A program made the position numbers and the translations under genes. Below the pieces are notes generated by a model. The model was not told where the DNA came from. It was given only the letters and a program-made list of their open reading frames with translations, and did no database searches. 64,000 bases of DNA from Yuukianura sp. NJ FZ-2021 (lineage: Eukaryota), in assembly GCA_046563655.1 (NCBI GenBank), contig CM102288.1, positions 3,782,001-3,846,000 on the forward strand, in the 5' to 3' direction. Of the stretch, positions 53,201 through 64,000 are shown piece by piece (position 1 is the stretch's first letter; the number at the start of each line of letters is the position of its first letter).

Positions 53201-56150
53201 TTAAGATTTTAGACTCAAAAATTGAAAAATTCTGGTAGAACTCTTCTCAAATTTTGGGAATTATTGGAACTTTCAAGGTAATCATATCTTTTACTTGTAC
53301 AATTTTTAGTCACAGATTTTGTTGTTCTCTTTTATTTTTAGGCTGTGGATTGGGTCCCATGTCAATTCGGACCAGATTTTACAGCGAAGCGGTCCATCCT
53401 GGATGTTCCAAAAACTGTTGATGCTGTTTCAATTCGGTCAGTTGAAAATGCTCTTGTGGATGGAAACAAAGACCAGATTATGGAACTGATGAGAGACAAA
53501 GTCCTCACACCGCGGAACTACGATGGACTGGAATTCCTGATTTATTTTTCAAAAGCCGAATGGTCATCGGTTCGACTCAAAAATGGTCCACTCAGGTATG
53601 TCAAATGCAATTGCAATTCGAAAATTGAGATTTTAGAGTTGAAAACTTTTGGTTTTTCAGAATTCCGCGATGTGTCTTGGCCACCCTGACCTCGACATTC
53701 CAGTTGATGATTTATGGTCAGCTGAACGAAGTGACTGATGAGTATCAGCGTAACTGGTGTCCTCTACTCAACGTTTCACAAACGGCAAACATGATTCTAC
53801 GTCAGAAATGGGAAGCTGAAGACGAAGGACGGCAGAGTGGAGGTCTAGGATTCGAAGAGTACAAAAAACGGATGTACGAGTTGACTTGTGTTGGTAAGTT
53901 TCGAAAGTTTAAAAATTTACAAAATTATGAAAACTTTTTTGAAAACTGTTGTTAGATTTTACTTGGATGGGACCGTTTGTCGATGAAGCTTTGGACGGAG
54001 CAGATTCCGAACTCTTCATGATCGTCGCTCATCTGAACGGATCAGTTGATATTTGGAGAATTTTTACTTGTGCCGAAACTCAGAAACTCGTTGGAGAAGT
54101 CATTTGCAACAAAATAGTCGTAGAAGGTCAAGGTCACGTCATTTCCACAATGAAGTTTCAAGCAGTAGATTCAAAAATTGGTAATTTTTCACTTCCTTTT
54201 CAGAAAATACGGTTCCGAAAGTTTTGAATTTTTTAAAATATTGGTTTTTGCAGGAATTTTGGCAATCGGGACCAACAGTGGAAGAGTTCGGGTTGTCCGA
54301 ATTGAAAAATCTACAGGCGATGCACAAGATACGACTGAAATGGACACTGGCGAGAACGGAACTAAAAAAATGTTTGAAATCCAAGATGGAATTGACATTT
54401 GGGAAGCAGATGATCTGCGCATTGAAACATTTTTGTTTACGATTATTCCGCCAGAGGACCGGAATATTTCGAAGCGCCTGTCCGTTGACATTCTCTTCCA
54501 GAAAAATACGAACGTCCTCTGCACTTCAACGGTTTCTATCTTTGGAGATGGATTGATTTCCACTCCTGTTCAATTTGTTAAATTACAGAACGGGCCAATC
54601 GTAGGTAAGGTCAAAGTTTTACTAAAAGATGTTTTTTTTTAATTTTGAATTTCCCTGGAATTTTTGAACTCAGGATTTGGGCGGTGCTCGATCGATCTAC
54701 TGATGTGCTGTCATGAATCTGGCCTTTTGTCGCTCGTGTATTACAAACATGGGGACTTGAAGTACATCGAAGGGTCTGCAAATCCTATCAAAGATGGGCC
54801 ATCGTCCAAGGGCGACATCTACAGATACAGCGGATTCGGATTCTCACCTAACAAGGGATTGGCATTTGTTGGCAAAAAGTAAAGATTTTTAATTGAAGTT
54901 GCTAATTAATGAATATTTTAGTTAATTAATTTTTTTTTCGTTTGTTTCCAGTTTGAGTTGCTTCTATGATCATAACTTAGAAAAAGATCCTGGAAAAGTT
55001 ATCGTATTCTCGACTCTGTCAACGGACAATACTTGGGAAATTGTCAAACAACATTTCGTGACGCACGACTACCGCCTTGAACCAATCGCTGATGTTCTAA
55101 TGGCATTTCGGTGAGAATCTCAAAATTTTGAGAATGAATGTCAAAGTTCAAAATTTGGAAAATTTTAGGGAACCTTGAAACTCAAGTAATTTTTGTTAGG
55201 TATCAGTTGAGAACTCGGAAGGAGCTGGACATTGACAAGTTCCTGGACGGAACAGGGGGGCCCTTGGACATTGCTCCAGAATTTCTCAAACTGTATTTAT
55301 GGGTCCTTCGAGCAATGCATTTGTACGACAAAGACCAAGAAATTGGCGTAGACGAGTCGAAAGTGACACAAGTTGAAGCAGTGGTAACTCACAAACTCAC
55401 GTCCAACTTTTTCGAAATATTTTTCATAATTTTGAAAAACTGGAATTATTTTGTAGTTTCAGCGTCAGCGAGAAGTAGAAGATGAGTTGCTCCAGCGTCA
55501 CTACATTGCTCTACTCGAGTCGATTGATGAATCGCTTCTGTCCAAGTTGAATCTAGAAGAAGCTCAGTCTCTCTTTCTGATTCAACAGTTTCTCAATTCC
55601 AAACCGAACCTTCGTCATCTCTCTTTTGAGCCAGCGATTATTCCAACTGAGGCTCCGAAGTGTGTCATCTGTGACAGCGTAGTGGACTTTGTGGAGACTC
55701 TGTCTGGTCAGGAAGAAGATCCACTAGGAGATGCAGTTCCACCATCGAGAACGGATGGGACAATCAGACCGGGAAAAGTGGCTGGATTTGAATGGTCCAA
55801 TCAACAGTGTGAAGAGAAACATACTTTTCCTGTCTGCATTCTCAGCCTCCTACCGTGTACTTTTCCGTACAGAACCTGCGAAATTTGTAGAGTAGTCGCC
55901 AGCCTGAAACCAGGTAGTTTTCAAAGAATTTCAAAAATTCTGTAAGAAAATTTAAAACGCTGTTTTTTTTTAAGTTTTTGGGATGAAGCCGGAATGTCCT
56001 CTTTGTGGAAGTGAAATGCGGGCATCGGATGCTGTTGATGAAGAAGAATGCGAAAATGAAGATAATTCGGATTTGGAAAATTTTGATGATCCGCCAGGAG
56101 TTCGGTTTTTGGGAGTCAAATCGGAAGACAAGGACGAAGGATCGTCTTGA
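50281..56150 (+). CDS. GTF3C4: General transcription factor IIIC subunit 4 (TFIIIC90/delta)-like; first coding exon 50281-50406, remainder 53342-56150
   Basis: Propeller-type AEWS...RCVLATLTS motif and LAIGTNSGRV. C-terminal Zn module CVIC...CEEKH..C...C..CEIC...CPLC. Exon 50281-50406 splices in phase 0 to 53342. Confidence 0.7.
50827..52944 (+). CDS. ITFG1: T-cell immunomodulatory protein / LINKIN (FG-GAP repeat membrane protein), intronless, nested
   Basis: Signal peptide, several D-F-N-x-D repeats (AYADFNSDKITD, GDFNLDGFPD), DANFMKVMVLSG, LPYTIFGVGQSPNFIE, a C-terminal TM helix and a short charged tail. Confidence 0.93.
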   Translation: MLKSMSRFYGIIIIVILLPSSLSQKLVLDKGGFSGKDVTPIVFGSEESKEVFPVAYADFNSDKITDILSLSRDQSTLSIWFGQETLSPLFKQSIQCSLQENWEGVGYAGRNAPMKIVGVVTADFNGDSILDVMITYKRNPEKVLHNDGNACVNVTSSVEAVIFRGNLTTLECNLPVLPDHVIDNLVDEPLALDINGDMVMDLFGEVYVPGNLDAEKNCSRVKIEKKIWLFKSTSAGDFTSTPILPPTPINFTLADHSFPDPHDTVNCTRPHVNSFGDIDDDGVPELILITGKLQESHDHNNSWKYQRKIYQIKLDDPTVPKFRLMLPPVDITSPSLVDPQVIGQPILMDLNQEAKLLQLFPFCSGKHCGKGANGILVVTENRTEVLPIDFGDATGKWHYDFNKHEKQYPNGSPHSNYSQALTLRAGDFNLDGFPDLIGILRPSGREKEREIINSRAVLFENVPCTSSDKSTCPFPRTFKINFDALNQYHNVTLATFFDLHEDGLVDIIIVRKTDDKSERYKDTYSVYAFQNSPDYDANFMKVMVLSGLPCLLCPQTQTPYGNLLSGPVIKYMTTTQADRYQTAVAAQFYRSSHFALDLPYTIFGVGQSPNFIETLEISVSTNRSLRTQQWQQLIPNSQIIVIPAPLDQPFFWSAKLFLTPSRAVLNTGLVLIGFCTVICLIIGGLQYKERRDDMKERLQEAFHMM

Positions 56151-56411
56151 ATGTTTGCAAAAAAATTTGTATTTTTGGTACTTAGGGACGTAAGGCCTCG
56201 GTTTTAATTGCTCTTAATTTAGTAAGACTAATTAACACGGAGGAATTAAAAGCGTTAAAAAGTTGTCATTGAGAGGAGTTTATCAGCATTTGCGGTTGTC
56301 GCGACTTACGTTTCGCCTTGTGTGTGCAATTAAACTGCACATTATTGTTCTTAAGTTGAAACAAAAAGTAACGCTAAGTTTTGGTGTCGGGTTTACCGTA
56401 CAGTGGTCGTG

Positions 56412-58614
56412 ATGCTTCCGAATGTTACCGAAGTTAAAAATTATAGTCTCGTTACACCCCATTTGAACGTTACATATCGACCAGACTACGGTGACTTCTC
56501 CGACTACAATTGGACAGGATTTCCATGTCTGCGTAAGTGACTCTCTAATACGGATAAGTGATATATACTATTGTTTTTCTCAAATACCATCGTAGGTACC
56601 ATCTAACTGTCTACAGGAGGCATTTGGAAAAAGTTACGATTAGGCTGAGAAATTCACTAAAGTGTAACTTCCTTATTTATGACAAATTGAAATTTTCCAA
56701 AATATTGTTTTTCTCAAATACCATCCTACCATCTAACTTTCTACAGGAGGCATTTGGAAAAAGTTACGATTAGGCTGAGAAATTCACTAAAGTGTAACTT
56801 CCTTATTTATGACAAATTGAAATTTTCCAAAATATTGTTTTTCTCAAATACCATCATACCATCTAACTTTCTACAGGAGGCATTTGGAAAAAGTTACGAT
56901 TAGGCTGAGAAATTCACTAAAGCGTAACTTCCTTATTTATGACAAATTGAAATTTTCCAAAATATTGTTTTTCTCAAATACCATCATACCATCTAACTTT
57001 CTACAGGAGGCATTTGGAAAAAGTTACGATTAGGCTGAGAAATTCACTAAAGTGTAACTTCCTTATTTATGACAAATTGAAATTTTCCAAAATATTGTTT
57101 TTCTCAAATACCATCATACCATCTAACTTTCTACAGGAGGCATTTGGAAAAAGTTACGATTAGGCTGAGAAATTCACTAAAGCGTAACTTCCTTATTTAT
57201 GACAAATTGAAATTTTCCAAAATATTGTTTTTCTCAAATACCATCATACCATCTAACTTTCTACAGGAGGCATTTGGAAAAAGTTACGATTAGGCTGAGA
57301 AATTCACTAAAGTGTAACTTCCTTATTTATGACAAATTGAAATTTTCCAAAATACTATGTAAAAAATAATAATTCTATATTAATGTTTGAAGGTTATCGG
57401 TGGTATGCCTACTATGTCGGTGGGATTTCGACGACGGCGCTCTGTTCTTTCGCAATTTTTGGCAACATTGTTTGCATCATCGTCCTCTCTAGGCCAGTCA
57501 TGAAATCTTCAGTGAACTTCATTTTACTGGCGCTGAGTTGTTCCGACTTAGTCCAAGTCATTGCATCGCTGCTCATGCGTGGAATTCAGCGAATTGGAGA
57601 AGCCCATTGTGCAGCGATTTACTTCACCCATTGGCTCCAGCCCATCCTCACGCCATATTTGTTTCCTCTAGGCACAACCGGTGAGTCAAACAGTCAAAAC
57701 ACAATTCTAAAATTTGAACGTAAAAGCTAATCTAACTTACTAACTTTATTTTAAAACAGCGCAAGTTGCGTCCGTTTACCTCACGGTTCTGGTGAGCGTC
57801 GAGCGTTATGTCGCCGTTTGCAAACCGTTTAAAGCCCGAATTTATTTTTCATGGCACAAGTCATCTCTGTTTTGTCTTGGTGTTTTTTTCTTTTCGTTTT
57901 TGTACAACATGCCAACATGGTTTGAATTGGACACAAGAGCAAGATACGTTGGAGATCACTTCTATGGGCTGTCAGTCCGAAGGACAGCTTTGTACAACGA
58001 CCCTACCTACGTCTTCTACTACGTCAATCTAGGCTCATTCATTGTCATTCGTGTCATTCCGTTTGCGCTACTAGTCGTCCTCAATGCATTCATCTATTAT
58101 GCCGTAAGATTTCTTGACATGAGCATTCATTCTTTGATTTTGAAAACCTGATTTGATTCAATTTTTTGGTAAAATTCTAATTTGTTGTCCGCAGATTCTG
58201 AAAATGAACAAAGCCCGCAAGACCATGACGCATCTCCAATGCCAAGAAGTGTCCGTCGCTCGTATGTTGCTCCTCATTGTGGTCATCTTTCTTCTCTGTA
58301 ACTTCGTAACCATAGTTACTCATATGATGGAGTCTTTCGAAGTCTACGTTCCATCCGAACTCCAAAGTGCTTCCAATTTCCTTGTACTTGTCAATACTGC
58401 TCTAAACTTCATCATCTACTGCTTCCTGAGCGGGAATTTTCGGAAATGCTTGTTCCGCCTACTTGGAGCTTCACGGTATCCGGAGTACTTTAGAAGTAGA
58501 ACAGGAAATGAATCAATATTGCAAGCATTGAGAGCCCGGTTGAGAGAAAGGAGGTTTTGGCTTAGGCGTCCAAGAACGACCCGAACTACAACAACAACAA
58601 CAACAGCAGTGTGA
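56412..58614 (+). CDS. Class A GPCR, FMRFamide-receptor-like peptide receptor
   Basis: Exon 1 (56412-56532) carries four N-glycosylation sequons and joins 57392 in frame. GN in TM1, LALSCSD in TM2, SVERYVAVCKPF, and NTALNFIIYC in TM7. Confidence 0.85.
56569..57354 (+). repeat. 130-bp tandem repeat, 6 copies, in GPCR intron 1
   Basis: AATATTGTTT recurs at 56701, 56831, 56961, 57091 and 57221 (period 130). The first copy is slightly diverged. Confidence 0.97.
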
Positions 58615-59069
58615 CCTACAGGATTGAATTTAATGTTTTTTTCATGTTTTGCCCTATTTTTCATTAATCAACTATAAAATTTAAAACGTTTTTTCTCAAG
58701 GAAGCTTTTTCGAGTAAAAGATCTTGACAGAGAGATTCAACTTTTTTTATCGTTAAAATGTACCCACAATAAGTTTTTCTGATACTTCCAGATAAAATCA
58801 CGCAACTTCAGAAGCTTTTTCCTTTCAACTTCGTGTTTAATACTTAAAAAAAATTTGCGGTTTGACTGGTCTTTTTGCATCTGAAATTCTCAAAACAGTA
58901 TTATCCAATCTTATGTGGGAAGATTTTGACCTTGGACGGTGTTGCTGGAAATAAATTACTCCAAAAACAAAAAGGAAAAACTGGTTTTCAAAAAGTCACA
59001 AAGAGTTAAGTAATTTCAGCTTTTCGGACAGAATTGGACCAAACGTCGTGTCGAAAAGGAAAGGGGAAA

Positions 59070-60328
59070 ATGAATTTCCAAAATACTTTTGCAGTTGTTG
59101 TAGTTTTCCAAATTTTAGATTTTTCAAAATCTTTTGCTCAATTTCCTTCTACGACCAACTATACAACGACTGAGAGAAAAGCCTTGGAAAAGGTAAACAT
59201 TTCCAAAAATTGTAAATTGTGCAATTTTTTTTTACAAATTTTCAAAAAAAAATTTTTTTAGTTTCGTTCTCGGGTTGGTCCACATTTGTACCGGGATTTT
59301 ATGAAACGAGATGAATATCTCATCAGATGGATACGAGATCAAGACTACGATTTGGACAGGGCACAAGAAAAACTGTTTGCTGTAACAAACTCTTTCAAAA
59401 AAAAAACAAAAACAAAAATCATTTCTAAAAATTTTTTTAATTTTCAAAAACGTTTCTAGTCTTTTAGATGGAGAAAGGAGAACAAAATAGATTCGATTTT
59501 AGAAGGGGAAGACTTTGCTGATATTGAGAAACTCTGCCCATTCAGTGCTGATGGACGGGACAGACACGGCGGACCAAGTAACAACACATCTCTGATTTTA
59601 AAATTTCCAAATTTTGAAAATGCCATATTTTTGAAAATCCTTTTTTTTCAAAAGTTTTGACAATAAGTGTTGGAACTTGTCCTTTGCGGAAGATCCTTTT
59701 GCTTGGGAACCTTGACCGACTGCAGCGTATGATCTACTATGGTTTTGAAGCAGCGTCTTTCATTATTCAAGAATTTCAAGAACAAGGATTGCCAATTGCC
59801 GATGGCATAATAATAGGCGACTTCAACAATTTCAACATGCGGGAACATGGTTGCTTGAGATGTAAAAAAATCAAAATTTTGAAAAAAAAAGATGAATTTT
59901 GAAAAACCAAAATTAAGAAAAGTCCTGTGCAGGTATCTCAATTGCCCTGGAAGTATTGACTCTCTATGAAAACCATTACCCACTATTCGTCTCACATTGT
60001 TTCATAATCAATGGTAATTGAACTAATTCGATTTGAAATAGTGTTGAGCTAATTGCTGTTGACTTGATTTCCAGTTCCCAGAGTTGCAGAAGCCTTGATA
60101 CCACTAGTATGGCCATTATTATCAGAACGAAGTAAACAGAGTGTTCATATATTTGGATTCAATCGACCAGAGTGGCAAAAAGCAATTTTGAAATTCGTCA
60201 GTCCTGATCAAATTGAGCAGCAATATGGCGGCACAAAACCACACTCAAAATTTACACCTATAACACCACTGATTCGACAGAGAGTACGACAACGACTTTC
60301 AACCAATAGGAACGTCACTAAAACCTAA
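59070..60328 (+). CDS. SEC14-like CRAL-TRIO protein, tandem copy 1
   Basis: DEYLIRWIRDQDYDL, WRKENKIDSIL, DGRDRHG, YENHYP...IIN/VP and VSPDQIEQQYGGTK. Confidence 0.88.
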
Positions 60329-60395
60329 GCTAACTTTAACTTCAAACATAATCTAAACATTTTGAAAAATATAATCCGTTAATCCTCATAAGGCC

Positions 60396-60453
60396 CAGTT
60401 CCACTGTTTTCAATTTGCTGAATTCGCGATTATTGCTTTCGCGCTAATGACCT
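60396..60453 (+). repeat. Dispersed ~60-bp element, copy 3
   Basis: (TAAGGCC)CAGTTCCACTGTTTTCAATTTGCTGAATTCGCGATTATTGCTTTCGCGCTAATGACCT matches copies 1 and 2. Confidence 0.7.
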
Positions 60454-60882
60454 CTATGGGAATAAACAAGGTTCCCACTTTGCTTAACTTTTGCTTTAAA
60501 GAAATGAGGTACAACTTTAGGTAGTTATAGTAAAATGAACACAAAGATTTTTATTGTGATGCTTCCAGATAAGCATGTACCTTCAACAAGCTTTTTAGTT
60601 GCAAACTCGTACTTATGAATAGGATGAATTTGCTTAAAGTAATGACGTTTGTGGTTTGACAGGTCCTTCTTGTTCTTGCACACGAAATTTCCAAAATATT
60701 ATCTATCACTCACATCTTACGTATGAAGATTTTGGCCTTGGACGACGATGCTGCTGGACTCAAATTACTCCAAAAATGAAAAAAAACTGGTTTTCAAAAA
60801 AATGTAACGAAGCGTAAATTATTTCACCTTTCCGGACAGAATTTGATCAAACCTCAGACAGTAGAGAAGAGGAAAGGAAAAA

Positions 60883-62147
60883 ATGAATCTCCAAAATACT
60901 TGGAAAATATTTGCACTTTTGCAGGTTTTTAATTTTTGTGATACTTTTGCTCAAATTGTTCCAAAGAATTTTACGGCAACTGAGAAGAAGGCACTGGAAC
61001 AGGTAAAACAAAACTTTTTCTTTTCAAACTTGTATGAAAAACTAACTTCCTTTTCACAAAATTCACAGTTTCGTTCTCGTGTTGGCGCACATTTGTATCG
61101 TGATTTTATGAAACGCGATGAATACCTCATCAGATGGTTACGAGATCAAGACTACGATTTGAACAGAGCCCAAGAAAAACTGCTTACTGTAAGATACAAA
61201 ACTTGAATTTTTGAAAAATTTTTAGAAAAGAATGACTGAAAATTTTGAGCAAGTTTTTAGTCTCTTAGATGGAGAAAAGAGAACAAGGTGGATTCGATTT
61301 TAGTGAACGAAGATTTTTCTGACATTGAAAAACTCTGTCCGTTTAATGTGGATGGACGGGACAAACTGGGCAGACCAGGTAAGTTCCTGTACACAAATAG
61401 TTCAAAATTTTAATCTAATTTTTTTTAAACAAAATTTTCAAAATTTTGAAAAGTTTTGACCATAAGCCTTGGGTCTTGTCCTGTTCGGAAGATCCTGCTA
61501 CTTGGTAACATCGACCGTCTGCGTCGTGTGTTCTACTTTGTCTTTGAGGCTACATCTTTCATCGTTCAGGAGTCGCAAGAACAAGGATTGTCAGTTGCAG
61601 ATGGCCTCATTATTGCCGATTTCAACAATTTCAATATAAGGGAGCATGGTTGCTTGAGATGTAAGAAAAATCAAAATTTCCAAACTCATTTTTTCGGAAT
61701 CTGTACTTTGAATTTCAAAAACTGTAGGCCTTCCAATTGCACTGGACGTATTTACACTATACGAAAACTACTACCCGCTCTACGCCTCACACCTTTTTTT
61801 AATCAATGGTAAATGAATAGTCAACTAAAGTTTAATTACTAAGTTAACTCAATTTGAGTGTTGACCCAATTGCTGTTGATCTATTTTCCATAGTACCCAG
61901 GATTGCTGAAGGCGTGATATCACTAGTATGGCCATTATTGTCAGAACGAAGTAAACAGAGTGTTCATATTTTTGGATTCAATCGACCAGAGTGGCAAAAA
62001 GCAATTTTAAAATTGGTCAACTCTGATCAAATCGAGCAGCAATATGGCGGCACAAAACCACACTTAAAATTTACTCCTCTGTCTCCAATTATTCGAGAGA
62101 GAGTACGACAGCGACTTTCAAGCAATAGGAATGCCACTAAAAGTTAA
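60883..62147 (+). CDS. SEC14-like CRAL-TRIO protein, tandem copy 2
   Basis: Paralogue of copy 1 with the same exon structure and motifs. Confidence 0.88.
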
Positions 62148-63227
62148 ACTAAGCAATCGAAGTAACAGAAAAATACATGCACACGCAACTTTTGAACTTT
62201 TCATGTCGTTTTTTGTCTTCTTTGTCAAATGCGAGAATAAGTTCAATCATAATTTCGCACGACCAGTAGATTTTGTCTATTCTACTGTTTAGTAGTTTTA
62301 GTTGTGGGTTTGCAGAATTCAGTAATTTCGTATTGTGAGATCAAGGTTGCTTAACATGTAAGTTCAAAATTCAAAATTTCAACTGAAATTTTCAAAAAAG
62401 TGCTCTTCAAAAAAGTATTTTCCTAGTTTGGTATTACCCTTCTGTTGGAAGTGTTTAAAACTATACGAATCCTACTACTCAAATCCATTATTCACATCGC
62501 ATTTTTGTTAACTAATGGTGGGCTAACATTGTCAAAACGCCAAAACTTTATCAAAAAAAATTTAAAGTTCAAATTTGACCTTTGACCCCACCATTTGGTT
62601 ACCCACCCAAAAAATAAAGTAACAAAGACAAAATCACAAGCAAGCTGGTTGGTAATCCGGCAAAGTTTAATTACCTATACTGGCATCATTTCTAAGTTTA
62701 GTTTTAATTTTAGTTTGCAACTTCATTTATAATTTTAGTCACGTGTAATGTAAAATGCAACAATACTTTGAATCAAAACATGAATTTAAATTTCAAATTA
62801 TTTGAATGATTCAGGTTCTGGAAGTCAATGGATAATGTAGGAAAAACAACGTTCTCAGTCTGGTGAATTTTCACTTTAAAAAAAACTTAAGTGCAATTTT
62901 AGTTGTAATGTACAAAGATTTTTATGGTGATGCTTCCAGATAAGCATAACTTCAGAAGCTTTTTAATTGCAATTTCGTATTTCAAATGAATACGCTTAAA
63001 ATAATGACGTTTGTGGTTTGACTGGTCCTTTTTGCACACGAAATTCCCAAAACCATATTATCACTTACATCTTATGTATGAAGATTTTGGCCTTGGGCGA
63101 TGTTGCTGGACTTAAATTACTCCAAAATCGAAAAAAAAAACTGGTTTCAAAAAAGTAAGAAACAGTGAATTATCTCAATTCACACGACAGAATTGGATCA
63201 AACCTCGCAAAGAAGAGTAAGGGAAAA

Positions 63228-64000
63228 ATGAATCTCCACAATATTTGGAAAATAGTTGCAGTTTTGCAGGTTTTTAATTTTTTTCATACTTTTGCTCAAA
63301 TTGTTCCAAAGAATTTTACGGCAACTGAGAAGAAGGCACTGGAACAGGTAAAACAAAACTTTTTCTTTTCAAACTTTTATGAAAAACTAACTTCATTTTC
63401 AAAAAATTCCCAGTTTCGTTCTCGTGTTGGTGCACATTTGCATCGTGATTTTATGAAACGAGATGAATACCTCATCAGATGGTTACGAGATCAAGACTAC
63501 GATTTGAACAGAGCCCAGGAAAAACTATTTACTGTAAGATACAAAACTTGAATTTTTGAAAAATTTTTAGAAAAGAATGACTCTGAAAATTTTAAGCAAG
63601 TTTTTAGTCTCTTAGATGGAGAAAAGAGAACAAGGTGGATTCGATTTTAGTTAACGAAGACTTTTCTGACATTGAAAAGCTATGTCCGTTTAATGTGGAT
63701 GGACGAGACAAACTGGGCAGGCCAGGTAATTCGCAGTAAAGAAAATCAAAAATTCTACGCCAAAAAACTTTTTGACCCAATTTTTTTTTGAAAAGTTGTG
63801 ACAGTAAGTCTGGGCTCTTGTCCTGTGCGCAAGATCTTGTTGCTTGGCAACATTGACCGACTGCATCGCGTATTCTACTTTGTCTTTGAAGCAGGAAGCT
63901 TCATCATTCAGGAATTGCAAGAACAAGGATCGCCAGTTGCCGATGCCCTCATGATTGTCGATTTCAACAATTTCAACATGAGGGAGCATGGTTGCTTGAG
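63228..64000 (+). CDS. SEC14-like CRAL-TRIO protein, tandem copy 3 (runs off the window)
   Basis: Nearly identical to copy 2 over the first exons and introns; frame open to the window end. Confidence 0.85.

Noticed and set aside
56569..57354. CRISPR-like array or repeated coding micro-exons
   Set aside because: Units are contiguous with no unique spacers, and the DNA is eukaryotic. Candidate exons inside the unit hit stops, while exon 1 joins 57392 directly in frame.

Overview
This is eukaryotic (animal) genomic DNA from a compact, AT-rich genome with many introns of about 55-100 bp. The gene set and style suggest an arthropod, possibly a springtail-like hexapod (inference only). The window holds about 21 protein genes, in order: FUBP/Psi, ZC3H10, RBM45, ORC3, TDP-43, RNF14, a ZAD-like C2H2 zinc-finger gene, ataxin-10, proteasome alpha5, a small secreted cationic peptide, neprilysin, ARMC4/ODAD2, glucuronyl C5-epimerase, PNPO, METTL18, a GTF3C4-like gene with an intronless ITFG1 nested in its intron, an FMRFamide-receptor-like GPCR, and three tandem SEC14/CRAL-TRIO genes. 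Several features are missing from the ORF track: two intronic H/ACA snoRNAs in FUBP, a structurally perfect but non-canonical tRNA(UAU), a two-exon antimicrobial-peptide-like gene, head-to-head overlap of ATXN10 and PSMA5, signal peptides on the SEC14 proteins, a strong excess of DR1 (AGGTCA-N-AGGTCA) elements, an RFX X-box, a 130-bp intronic tandem repeat and a dispersed ~60-bp element. Gene spans run from start to stop codon across introns. Family calls come from motif recognition by eye, not from database searches.
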